A stretch of DNA of 63,265 nt, filler included. It is 6 parts of 6 records of this genome, joined end to end, with 100 filler letters (N's around TTAATTAATTAA, not from the genome) between each part and the next. Parts side by side here need not be neighbours in the genome. Positions count along the whole stretch, not along the records: positions 38,989 to 47,701 come from SRR31156797_10133; positions 47,802 to 54,628 come from SRR31156797_10135; 4 more parts are not named here. One strand, given 5' to 3'. Below the pieces are notes generated by a model. That model had not been told where the DNA came from and did no database searches. It was given only the letters and a program-made list of their open reading frames with translations. Position numbers and translations under genes: made by a program. Positions within the stretch are counted from its first letter, which is position 1. Every line of letters starts with the position of its first letter. Of this stretch, positions 39,590-49,591 are shown one piece after another.

Positions 39590-40465
39590 ATGGATTTTGA
39601 AGAAATTAATAATGATTTAAGAATTTTTAATGAAAATATTTCATTGATACTCAATGAGTACTTCGATTGTTCGATAGATAAAATATGTAATGATATTGAT
39701 CTGTATCATTATACATCATTAGGAAGTTTAATAAATATAATTGAAGAAAATGAGCTATGGATATCTGATCGTGAATTTCTCAACGATAAGCTTGAAGTAA
39801 ACTATGCGAGTAAGGTAATTGAAAATAGTTTCTCAAACAGCTCAGAAAAAAATAAAATGGAAAGCCTAAAGAGTGTATTCTTTCCAAATAAAGAATATTT
39901 ATTATGTATGACAACAGAGAGAGATCTTATTCATTTGTGGCAATATTATGGGACAGATGATGGCTATGCAATTAAGTTTGATTCAGAAAAGCTCATCAAC
40001 CACATCAATATAAGCAATTATAAATATGTAGCTGGGAGTATTTTATATGACCCTGAAAAACAAAAATCATTCTTAAATGAAATTATTAATAAAATAATTG
40101 AGGTTAGTCAGAAGTTTTCAGAGATAGGAGGCGAATATGCAAACTACTTTGGTCCAGAACAAGCACTTGCGGCAGCTTACTCATTAATTAAATCTGAACA
40201 TCATAACTGTGAAAAAGAATTTAGATTTTCATTTTATCAACCATCATATGGAGAAATTGAAGATTTATATGAAGAAGAATACAGATCTAAAAAAGGGATA
40301 ATTGTTCCATATTTCAAGTATTCTTTTGACAAGATTCCAATAAAGGAAATAGTAATTGGGCCAAATATTGATCATAAAATCGCAGAAAAGAGTTTAAGAT
40401 TATTTTTAGATAAGAACGGTTTTGAAGATGTGGAAATAGGATTTTCAAATATTCAGATCCGATAA
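39590..40465 (+). CDS. DUF2971 domain protein
   Basis: LYHYTS..I..N.LW....LND..E, W..YG..DGYAI.FD, K......EKEFR, EIVIGP. Confidence 0.8.
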   Translation: MDFEEINNDLRIFNENISLILNEYFDCSIDKICNDIDLYHYTSLGSLINIIEENELWISDREFLNDKLEVNYASKVIENSFSNSSEKNKMESLKSVFFPNKEYLLCMTTERDLIHLWQYYGTDDGYAIKFDSEKLINHINISNYKYVAGSILYDPEKQKSFLNEIINKIIEVSQKFSEIGGEYANYFGPEQALAAAYSLIKSEHHNCEKEFRFSFYQPSYGEIEDLYEEEYRSKKGIIVPYFKYSFDKIPIKEIVIGPNIDHKIAEKSLRLFLDKNGFEDVEIGFSNIQIR

Positions 40466-40531
40466 TTCTGAATGATGTCATTCTTTAAACTGAATAACAT
40501 AATCGTTTATGTTTGATTTCAGGAGCAGATT

Positions 40532-41053
40532 ATGAATCATAGAAATGCCAAGTGTATGAATTGTCATTTTTTCTGTAAAAAAGTGACTACCGCAAGAGCA
40601 GACTATTCTGATGTTGAAATTACGACAAGTGAAGAACCATTGGAGAAATATGAAATTGATAAAATACAAAAGAAAGAGATCAACCCAGATCAGCCAATAG
40701 GATGCTATCGCTCAATATGGTTTGTACACACGAGTGTTGGTAGGTTTGAAGAGCGTGTTTATGATTATGCCTCAAGAGAAAGGAGTAATTGTTTCTACTT
40801 CCCCAAATCTGAGCATATATCATTTGAAGGTGCTGTTCTACTTGAAGAGAGAGCGGCCGAACATCAAACATTCAAAAATCAAATTAGGAGAACAAATTTT
40901 GGATTGATCATAGCGGCAGTAGGGCTCTTGGCCTCTACCTTTTTTTCGATACTAAACCACTATTTCCCAAAGGGAGATCCCATGTTTTCAGTTTTAGTAG
41001 ATAAAAGCATTCAGTTGACTGAATCTACATCAGATCTTATTCAAGAAGATTGA
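40532..41053 (+). CDS. Hypothetical Cys-containing protein with C-terminal TM helix
   Basis: AGGAG RBS; CxxCH, C....W, CFYF; hydrophobic GLIIAAVGLLASTFFSIL. Confidence 0.7.
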   Translation: MNHRNAKCMNCHFFCKKVTTARADYSDVEITTSEEPLEKYEIDKIQKKEINPDQPIGCYRSIWFVHTSVGRFEERVYDYASRERSNCFYFPKSEHISFEGAVLLEERAAEHQTFKNQIRRTNFGLIIAAVGLLASTFFSILNHYFPKGDPMFSVLVDKSIQLTESTSDLIQED

Positions 41054-41189
41054 TATTACCAGATTATCTTCTTACAATAACCGGCTTCAGAAATATCACA
41101 TGGAAGCAATATTGCTCTAGGACAATTTAACATTACCCCGGTTTAATGTAATCTGATTGCTAAAAAGAGAAAATCCAACAAGCCCTCCT

Positions 41190-41482
41190 CTGAGGCTGTT
41201 ATCAAGATGAAGAGAGGCTTTCTGAACAATTACCTTCTGGATGCCTACTCGACTACCCTACGGTCTGATATCAAGATGCTTCAATTTGAAGATTGGCGAA
41301 CTAGACACTATATATACAACCCCATCAAGAATAGAAATACCACTGCGATGAGGCAGTCCGTGACGGGCTCATCGCCGAAAATCCACTATACCCCCTTTCT
41401 AAGTTCGCTGAGAATCCAAGAGATTCTCTATCTATTGAAGAAATAGCAGAGCCCTGCTTCATCATGCAATGTGAAGATTAGG
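41190..41482 (+). pseudogene. Second tyrosine integrase fragment (core-binding domain and linker)
   Basis: KRGFLNNYLL...SDIKMLQFEDWR, then in another frame DEAVRDGLIAENPLYPL...PRDSLSIEEIAE. Confidence 0.6.
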
Positions 41483-41545
41483 GTAATAATAGGCATTCGT
41501 ATCAGCAACAAATGACTTATGAGATATAAAGCACAAAAGTTGAGT

Positions 41546-44500
41546 CTAGAAATGTTTCGATCTAAAATTTCTCTCTTGTTCTCCTCGTATTCGCCTTTTC
41601 CAATAGTCTATCTGCTTCGCTACATATAAACGGGCAGATAAATGTTCAGGTAAATTAAGTCTTTTTTTTAGATTCACCCAAAAATCCATGGCTCTTTCAT
41701 ATGCAGGTACAAATGAGCCATTACTAGAATAGCTATTAGGATCGAAAGTTATATTTTCAAAGACTTCTTTACTATCATTATGCTTCAGTAATTGCAAAAC
41801 AAAATTCGGCATTTCATCTCGGAAATATGATTTTATTGGTTCAAATATTAGATTCATAAGCTGATAGTCATTATGATTCTTATCGATAAAAGATTGAATG
41901 AAGACCTTTTGCCTAAATTTAATATCCTCTTTAGCCATACCGTCTGTAAACTCATTTATAGTGAAGAATGTATTAAGGAAGTGATACAAAGAAAAATATA
42001 TTTCCTTCGATTGAATGAATGAAACAACTTTGTTCATTATTTCAATATAATTCTCTAATGTCCATATTTGCGAAAAATCAGGGTGACGAGTAAACTCAGA
42101 TGGTTGTCTGAGCCTGTCTTCAGAGTAAAGAGATTCAAGATATCGGAATAAGAAATCTGGCGTATTGGTAATAAATTGCATGAAATATTCTCCATTATGA
42201 TCAATATCCTGACTAATGCTCATTTCAAAAAGCCAGATATCTTGGAGTAGTTCGATGTTTTCAAAAAGAATATCATAATAATTCTTCTTGATATCCGAAT
42301 GTGGATTAAATAAATAACCAAACCTTATACCATTCTCATTTCTACTGTCATATATTATCCTTATCATCTCCCCCAATAATCCAGCCTTATACACTTCATA
42401 TCTTGTTAAACTGTCAAAGTATATTTCATACCCTAAGAATTCTTTCTCAAATAATCCCTTAATTTCTTGAACATAAAAATCATCAATAATATCCCCAGGT
42501 AGAGAAGAAAGGAAGAAGTATTTCATGTGACTTTTGTCAGGATAGTCAGTTTGAGAAATCAAATCATAGAATTCTCGATGATGACCAGGATATAATCTTA
42601 AAAAAATATTGGGTATTGATTGTAATCCCTTTACCATCCTGTCATGAGTAGTGATTATCTTTGATATGGATTCAATAAATAAAGTGTAATCTTCGTTAAG
42701 ACAGTTGAAAAGATTTCTAATAGAATTATTTATCTCCCAGACGTTGTTTGAGTCATTCCTTTCAACTTCGAAGTTAAGGTAGTTTAAATAAGATTCAACT
42801 TGAGCTGTTCCCAATTTTCTAACCGCATCACTTTGTTCTGATTGATATTTTCTGTATATTTCTTCATTCGAGAGCCCTTCTCTTTTCATCTCTATTCGTT
42901 CAATCCTATCTGGTGAAAGAATTAAAAAGAGTTTAAAGTTATCAGTTTGTAAACTCCCTTGAATTTTTTCAATAAGTTTGTGAGAAATCTCATAGTCATT
43001 GAGTCTTGAAATGTACTTTGAGACAACCTTGCTTCCATATAGCGTGGAATATGTTATCTTCTCATCTATTATTGGAAGTAGATGGTTTGAATCAAACTTG
43101 ATTGCCTTCACGACTTCCTCTTTAGGTATATCGTAATGGTAATAAACCTTATCCACATATTGATCAAGGCAAGACAAGAAATCGATATCATTTAAAGTGC
43201 CCATAAAACCAAGAAGGATTAAACGTAGTTCCTTTAAGTGGTCTGTTAACATCAATCCAAAATTAGTACTGGTAACAGTCCTACCATGTGTGCGTGTATT
43301 ATGATGTTGGATTTGTAGAAAATGAGGTATAGCAAAAATCAAAGCTTCTTTAATGAGTTCATTCTCCGTAGCAGATTGTAATAATGTTTTAAATAATATT
43401 TTCTGTCGATAAATAGACTCATTAATATAAACTCTTTCGAAATCATAACCACTCACAATGTATTGCCCAAATTGATGTGCAGCAGAGTTGCATCTCAAAA
43501 CATATTGAATTGCCAACTGTATAGATAGCTGAAGGTAATCTTCCCCTAAATCCCCAACCTTTCTTATTAGTGTATACAAATCATTAGTTAAACCATGATA
43601 ATTTGTATCTAAATCAGATTGATCCGAATCAGCAGGTAATGAATCTATATACTTTTGAATAAACAGTAGTACTCTATCTGGGATAACAAAGTAAAACACA
43701 TCACTTAATTTTTTAAGATAGTCTACTTCTTCGCGTTGAAGATACTTATCATAAAGTTCTTCTATTGATGGCTTTATATATTCTATAACAGCTTCTCCGT
43801 CAAAGGAATTGACAATGGGATATATCGTTTCACGCATACGCTCAATATTTATCTGGAAATAGTCATGAAGTATGAGGTTAAAATCTAAGCTCTTCTTGGC
43901 AAAAAATATTCTATATAGGAAGTATGTTCCAAGAACCTGATCTGAGATTTTACATGTAGAATCTTCATGCAAGTCAACCAGCTCATGTTCATTCAGGTCA
44001 TAGATACTATCCCAAAAATCAGTTTCGGAAATACCTACCTTCGCATATATCCTATCTGGGGGATTTTTCTTTGAGATTGAGTAGAAATAAGCTACAATTG
44101 CCAGAACCTTCTCAGCTATCTCATTTCCTTCTGTGAAGACAGTATCCTTAACTTCAGAAAAATATCTATCATAGATACATGAAACATCCTTTAAATCCTC
44201 AAGGTTATTAGATTTTCTTACAACCTCAGCAGCCATGATTGCCAAACGAGCATTCCCTTGGGAAACTGTACAAATTCTTGAAACAAAATATGGATTTATT
44301 ATCCCAAAGCTATCACTTGAGATTATAGCTTCAATTTCAGTTGGCTCAAAAGTATCAATATCTATTCTCTCAAAACTGACAAGAGATTCATTTAATCTTT
44401 TAATTACCAAGTCCAAAGCATAATTCCTAACAGTAAGTATTAGCTTAATTCGTCGTTCCGAGCTATTTTCATTGATATAGGACAAAATAGTAGGAAGGTA

Positions 44501-45301
44501 ATCTAACCGGTTTGCATCATCAATCAATAGCAATAATTTGTCAGATTCGGTCTTGCGTACCTTAAAGTCATCAAACAGAGTCAATGACCGATTCTTAATG
44601 CAATAAACGGAATAATCTGGGCAGATATCTGAAAATTCAGGGAGACACTCAATCGCAAGCCGAGTCTTACCTACTCCTGCACCACCTGTTAATATTACAA
44701 CATCATTTTCTGTTATGAAATCAAGCAGTTTCTCTTTTTCCTGTTCACGGAAATAAAACTTATTTTCAAGTGAAATAGTTTCAGATTCGATTTGAATGAA
44801 CCTGTCAGGAGTAATAATCTGATCTGTGTCAATTTCTATACCTAATTCTTCTTTGGCAACATCCTGATAGTAGTATGCTAAATCACGGGACAACTCACCT
44901 GTGTCATAATTTTCAAAAGAACAATTTCTTTCATGACAATAATCTGATATTTCTAAATGCTGCCCAGGGGTAATCTTCTTAGTATGACAATAGATTATTT
45001 TATCAATCTTCTCCATAGGAATACCGGTGATTTTAATATCAAAGCATTTATACAAATCATCAATAATCTTTTTGCATATATTTGAATCTTGAGTAGTATG
45101 TTCAATGAAAACATATTGTCCATCTGCATCCACGTAGTATGAATCAGGAGTTCCTTTTACAGTTTTATCAGTACCATCCTGACTGCCTGTAGAAGTAATC
45201 TTCACCCCGATTCTTTTAGATAAATAAGAATCACATAAGGTTTGGAACTGCCCACCATTTAACTCCCTAATTTTTCTCTGTATCTGGTTTACTTTAGACA
45301 T
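41546..45301 (-). CDS. Restriction-endonuclease-like domain + STAND (nSTAND-type) NTPase + long helical C-terminus; candidate Avs/NLR-like defence protein
   Basis: FQ.LC..YL, GTPDSY, FIEHTTQ..K...D..KC; Walker A GGAGVGKT, Walker B LLLIDDA, LTVR, GNARLA; AGGAG RBS. Confidence 0.78.
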   Translation of the reverse strand: MSKVNQIQRKIRELNGGQFQTLCDSYLSKRIGVKITSTGSQDGTDKTVKGTPDSYYVDADGQYVFIEHTTQDSNICKKIIDDLYKCFDIKITGIPMEKIDKIIYCHTKKITPGQHLEISDYCHERNCSFENYDTGELSRDLAYYYQDVAKEELGIEIDTDQIITPDRFIQIESETISLENKFYFREQEKEKLLDFITENDVVILTGGAGVGKTRLAIECLPEFSDICPDYSVYCIKNRSLTLFDDFKVRKTESDKLLLLIDDANRLDYLPTILSYINENSSERRIKLILTVRNYALDLVIKRLNESLVSFERIDIDTFEPTEIEAIISSDSFGIINPYFVSRICTVSQGNARLAIMAAEVVRKSNNLEDLKDVSCIYDRYFSEVKDTVFTEGNEIAEKVLAIVAYFYSISKKNPPDRIYAKVGISETDFWDSIYDLNEHELVDLHEDSTCKISDQVLGTYFLYRIFFAKKSLDFNLILHDYFQINIERMRETIYPIVNSFDGEAVIEYIKPSIEELYDKYLQREEVDYLKKLSDVFYFVIPDRVLLFIQKYIDSLPADSDQSDLDTNYHGLTNDLYTLIRKVGDLGEDYLQLSIQLAIQYVLRCNSAAHQFGQYIVSGYDFERVYINESIYRQKILFKTLLQSATENELIKEALIFAIPHFLQIQHHNTRTHGRTVTSTNFGLMLTDHLKELRLILLGFMGTLNDIDFLSCLDQYVDKVYYHYDIPKEEVVKAIKFDSNHLLPIIDEKITYSTLYGSKVVSKYISRLNDYEISHKLIEKIQGSLQTDNFKLFLILSPDRIERIEMKREGLSNEEIYRKYQSEQSDAVRKLGTAQVESYLNYLNFEVERNDSNNVWEINNSIRNLFNCLNEDYTLFIESISKIITTHDRMVKGLQSIPNIFLRLYPGHHREFYDLISQTDYPDKSHMKYFFLSSLPGDIIDDFYVQEIKGLFEKEFLGYEIYFDSLTRYEVYKAGLLGEMIRIIYDSRNENGIRFGYLFNPHSDIKKNYYDILFENIELLQDIWLFEMSISQDIDHNGEYFMQFITNTPDFLFRYLESLYSEDRLRQPSEFTRHPDFSQIWTLENYIEIMNKVVSFIQSKEIYFSLYHFLNTFFTINEFTDGMAKEDIKFRQKVFIQSFIDKNHNDYQLMNLIFEPIKSYFRDEMPNFVLQLLKHNDSKEVFENITFDPNSYSSNGSFVPAYERAMDFWVNLKKRLNLPEHLSARLYVAKQIDYWKRRIRGEQERNFRSKHF

Positions 45302-45944
45302 ATCTATCTCCTTAATATAGATATATTACCTTTTTCTATTTGGAAAGTCATGCATTTAATCTTTTTAAGTCCTGGCCCATCCCATGACAAAGATGATGAC
45401 TGTGAACCTTTCGCACTTCTATGCTGGTCCTTAATACTTCACCGGATGGAAAAGAATGGAGAATATATTCTTGCCCGGACCATACTCTTCAACATCGACC
45501 TCCTACCCCACATACTCGGAGAGGTGATGCCATCCGCAAAGATAAGACATTCGTCCAACCGGGCTCAACCTAATTTCTTGAATACCTGTCCGAGAGAGTA
45601 ATAGAGGACATCACCGAAGATGACCTCGCCTGGATACGGGAGAATTATGGATCTGAGAGAGTTCAGACTGTGCTAAATCGCCATATTCAGATCAATACTG
45701 AATTAGATGGCATGCCTCGGGGAGGGAAGCGCTCGACATTGGTACATGAGCTATATATTCTCCTGGATGGCGTTAATGTGGGAAGATTTCACTATTGAAA
45801 AAATACATCTCTGGTGCTATTTTAAACTACTACATAACTCTTATAGTTATGATTTCATCAATGCCATGTTGGTGAATGTTAGTTCTCCTTAACGAAAGAT
45901 GGATCTATCTGTGGCATTAAGTTGCCTAATTTATGGAGGAAATC

Positions 45945-46919
45945 ATGGCAAAACATGAACCGAAGAAATACTCTCCTGAGTGGTATGAAACTCTCACATA
46001 TGAAGATACCCGCTATTATGGGTTATATTTCAAGGGTAATAGGTCTGAACAGAAGGTCATCTGGATCGACATGAAAAGGTTCTTTGAGTACTTTTATGGC
46101 GATGATGCTGATGAGCGGAAGAATCTCAAATCAAACAAGAATGGTCAGCTCTTCAAACCAGCTAAATCCAAAGCAATTGATTACAAAGTTAACATTATCA
46201 AGGAATCACTATCTCGAATCAAGAAAGAATGGCTGGATTCACAGAAAGTCTTCATCGACCAATTTCTTGCAGAAATAAAAGGTCGCGACTTTACAGCAGC
46301 AGACGATGATTATTTCCATATGGGTGTTGCCGATTTTGATGAAGCATCGACATACGCCCTAATTAAATTAGCCTATTCCCATCAGAATGCAGAGTTTAAA
46401 AGAAGATCACTATATTACAGCCTTTATGCTCAATACTACCATCAGTTAGCTGCACAGATCGATGCTGTAACTCTTAAGCTCCTGACAGAAAATGGTTATG
46501 AACCCAATTATTTTGATCGGGGGACTTTTCTCGCATTCAAGGGTCCGAAGGGTCAGGATAAGAAGTCATCAATAACAGGCTTGGAATCCTATAAGCACCA
46601 TGAAAAGATGTACGCCATCTGGAATTTTATAAAGCACAACAGTGGCTCTACCTACGACAAAGTTAAGGAACATTGCCCTGAGGTCCTGATTGACCATGAG
46701 TACAAGCAAGGAGAGCTAGCCTGCTATTACATCCAATTTTCGAATGAGCTTATTGAGCAGACCATCAATGGTGTAAAAGAATTCTTAATTAAATACTGTG
46801 AAATTGTGTTCGATGAAAATGCAAAAGAAGCTGAATGGAATTATGATGACTTTTTCTATGGCCAAGTTGCTGCTGAAATCAATGACTATTACAACCCACT
46901 CGGGCTTCCAGACTATTAA
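45945..46919 (+). CDS. Hypothetical helical protein, possibly HEPN-like
   Basis: GGAGGA RBS before ATG 45945; WNFIKHN resembles a degenerate Rx4H; about 324 aa open frame. Confidence 0.65.
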   Translation: MAKHEPKKYSPEWYETLTYEDTRYYGLYFKGNRSEQKVIWIDMKRFFEYFYGDDADERKNLKSNKNGQLFKPAKSKAIDYKVNIIKESLSRIKKEWLDSQKVFIDQFLAEIKGRDFTAADDDYFHMGVADFDEASTYALIKLAYSHQNAEFKRRSLYYSLYAQYYHQLAAQIDAVTLKLLTENGYEPNYFDRGTFLAFKGPKGQDKKSSITGLESYKHHEKMYAIWNFIKHNSGSTYDKVKEHCPEVLIDHEYKQGELACYYIQFSNELIEQTINGVKEFLIKYCEIVFDENAKEAEWNYDDFFYGQVAAEINDYYNPLGLPDY

Positions 46920-46929
46920 TGGAGAACTT

Positions 46930-47213
46930 GTGCCATTTTCGAAAACAACACAACACACCCAATTAGGATTTTTTATACCAATCATGCACTTCAAAGAATT
47001 GCAGAGCGGAGTATCTCTCAAGAAGTAGTCGAACTGATGCGAAAGTACGGAACTGAATCTACTGATGCCGGAGCAAGAAAGGTTATTATTGATCTTGATG
47101 CCTGTAGTATTGCAGAGGAAGATGGAGTCAATCTTTTCCCCATCTCCTCCACCACGATTGTCGTATCAATGGATAATGTTCTCAAAACAGCATACAAAAA
47201 GGACATCAAATAA
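46930..47213 (+). pseudogene. DUF4258-like (RelE/BrnT-like fold) gene lacking an in-frame start
   Basis: Manual translation YTNHALQRIAERSISQEVVELMRKYG...IVVSMDNVLKTAY; GTG 46930 with RBS is out of frame. Confidence 0.6.
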
Positions 47214-47560
47214 TACACTGGTAGGGACATCTCAATCTCCCTACCACCATTCAGTATCCGTTAGTCTGGAAAGATTTCCACTTTACTTTGATTTCCCCGT
47301 TCTGGGTACTCATCCCAGAGCTTTCCATAGTGCAGCCTTCCCGCATTCTTCATTTACTCTAAAAGCACAGAAAAAGTATATCCTCATCAATTCAAATTAG
47401 TTGAGCATAAAACGATTAGAGTGCACATCAGCAAATTTCATCTTCTTTTTTATCAGTACGAATAAAGGTAATCCTACCTATATATTAAATTATGAAAGAA
47501 GATAGCTGGAGGATTTATGTTTACTAATCGAATTATTAAAATGAAATGGGGATTAAGTAT

Positions 47561-47701
47561 ATGAAATACCAAATAGTCTCCGAACGAACAAGCAGAGAAG
47601 GTTACAAGATATCTTCCCCTGGTGATGCCTATTCTGCCTTAGCCAGATACCAGAACAAAACCAAAGAGCATTTCCTCGTGTTAACGCTCAATGGAAACCA
47701 T
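47561..47701 (+). CDS. RadC/JAB domain protein (3' truncated)
   Basis: KISSPGDAY..L......KEHFLVLTLNG. Confidence 0.75.
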
Positions 47702-47801
47702 NNNNNNNNNNNNNNNNNNNNNNNNNNNNNNNNNNNNNNNNNNNNTTAATTAATTAANNNNNNNNNNNNNNNNNNNNNNNNNNNNNNNNNNNNNNNNNNN
47801 N
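47702..47801. other. Artificial contig spacer
   Basis: N44-TTAATTAATTAA-N44. Confidence 0.99.
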
Positions 47802-48483
47802 TGATATGTTAAAAAGATTTGGAATTGACGTAGAAGTTTCAAAAAATCACTTTAAAGTAAAAGGTAATCAAACATATAAAAATAATGATTATAATGTCGA
47901 AGGAGATTTCTCTCAAGCAGCATTCTGGATTGTAGCCGGATTAATCGGAGAAAAAGTAGTTCTTAAAGGAATGAACAAAGATTCTCTTCAAGGTGATAAA
48001 GCTGTTCTTGATATAGTAGAGAGAATGGGTGGAAATCTTGAGATAAAAGAGGATGAGATCATAGTACATCCAACTAAAACAAAAGGAACTGTAATTGATG
48101 TATCTCAGTGTCCGGATATAGGTCCTATCCTATCTGTACTAGGAGCTCTTAGTGAAGGTGAAACTAGAATCATAAACGCAGCTAGACTTAGAATCAAAGA
48201 GTGTGACAGAATCACTGCAACTGTATCTGAGCTTTCTAAATTAGGAGCAGATATCAGAGAAGAAGGAGATTCAATCATCATTCAAGGTAAACCTATGCTA
48301 AAAGGTGCTTTAACTGACAGTTGGAACGATCATAGAATCGCTATGTCAATGGCTGTAGCATCAATTAGATGTGAAGGTGAAGTAACTGTAAATAACAGCA
48401 CATGTGTTAAAAAATCATATCCTGGATTCTGGAAAGATTTCGCTAAGATGGGAGGAAATGTAGATGAGCACGAACTGGGGTAA
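47802..48483 (+). CDS. aroA: EPSP synthase (5' truncated)
   Basis: VEGDFSQA, SLQGD, PD, LRIKECDR, DHRIAM, KSYPGF. Confidence 0.93.
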
Positions 48484-49549
48484 AAATATCAGAGTTTCAC
48501 TTTTTGGTGAATCACATGGTAATGGAATTGGAGCTAATCTTGATGGACTACCTGCTGGTCTTGAGATTGATTTAGAGTTCATGAGAGAGGAGTTAGACAG
48601 AAGAGCAACTGGAAAAAACCTGCTAACTACCCCTAGAAAAGAACCTGATGTAGTAGAAATCCTTAGTGGATATTTTAATTTTAAAACTACCGGTACTCCT
48701 TTATGTATGCTAATTAGAAATAAAGACCAAAGATCAAAAGATTATTCTAAAACAAAAGATTTAATGAGACCAAGTCACGCTGACTATACTGGTTATATGA
48801 AATATAAAGGAAATAATGACTATAGAGGTGGAGGACATTTCTCTGCTAGACTTACAGCTCCTCTAGTAGCAGCTGGAGCAATCGCTAAACAGATTTTAGC
48901 AGAAGATAATATTTATATTGGTTCACATATCAAAAGCATCGCTAACATAGAAGATAGAGCTTTCAACGAGAAAGATTTAACTAAAAATAATTTTTCTACT
49001 CTTAGACAAGAGCAACTTTGTGTTCTGGATAAATCGGTTAGAGAAGATATGAGAAATGCTATCTTAGATGCAAGAAATGATCTTGACTCAGTTGGTGGAA
49101 CTATCGAAACAGCAATAATCAATTTACCTGCCGGTGTTGGAGAACCATTCTTTGACTCATTAGAAAGTAATATTGCTCACATGATGTTCTCTGTTCCTGC
49201 AATGAAAGGAATTGAGTTTGGAGCTGGTTTCGATATCACTAAGATGAGAGGTTCAGAAGCAAATGATGAACTTTATATCGCTGATGATGTTATCAAAACT
49301 TACACAAATAACAATGGTGGAATTTTAGGTGGAATCACTAACGGAATGCCTGTTGTATTCAAAACAGCTTTTAAACCTACTGCTTCTATTTCACAAAAGC
49401 AAAGAACTGTAAATATTGTAACAAAAGAAAACACTGAGATGGAAATTCACGGAAGACACGATCCTTGTATCGTTCCAAGAGCAGTTGTAGTTGTAGAAGC
49501 AATGACTGCAATAGCTGTACTTGATATGTTAATCGAGAGCAGAAAGTAA
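48464..49549 (+). CDS. aroC: Chorismate synthase
   Basis: FGESHG, RPSHAD, RGGGHFSARLT, GRHDPC. Confidence 0.96.
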   Translation: MSTNWGKNIRVSLFGESHGNGIGANLDGLPAGLEIDLEFMREELDRRATGKNLLTTPRKEPDVVEILSGYFNFKTTGTPLCMLIRNKDQRSKDYSKTKDLMRPSHADYTGYMKYKGNNDYRGGGHFSARLTAPLVAAGAIAKQILAEDNIYIGSHIKSIANIEDRAFNEKDLTKNNFSTLRQEQLCVLDKSVREDMRNAILDARNDLDSVGGTIETAIINLPAGVGEPFFDSLESNIAHMMFSVPAMKGIEFGAGFDITKMRGSEANDELYIADDVIKTYTNNNGGILGGITNGMPVVFKTAFKPTASISQKQRTVNIVTKENTEMEIHGRHDPCIVPRAVVVVEAMTAIAVLDMLIESRK

Positions 49550-49591
49550 TTAATAATAAATCAAACATAAATATATGTAGGAAGTGAAACT

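Larger units (their letters stand above)
38989..47701. mobile_element. Decayed tRNA-anchored genomic island
   Basis: tRNA 3' end, two integrase remnants, AT-rich cargo and radC. Confidence 0.7.

Noticed and set aside
45350-45892. Short ORFs between the STAND and HEPN-like genes
   Set aside because: No RBS or recognisable motif; probably gene debris that I cannot assign.
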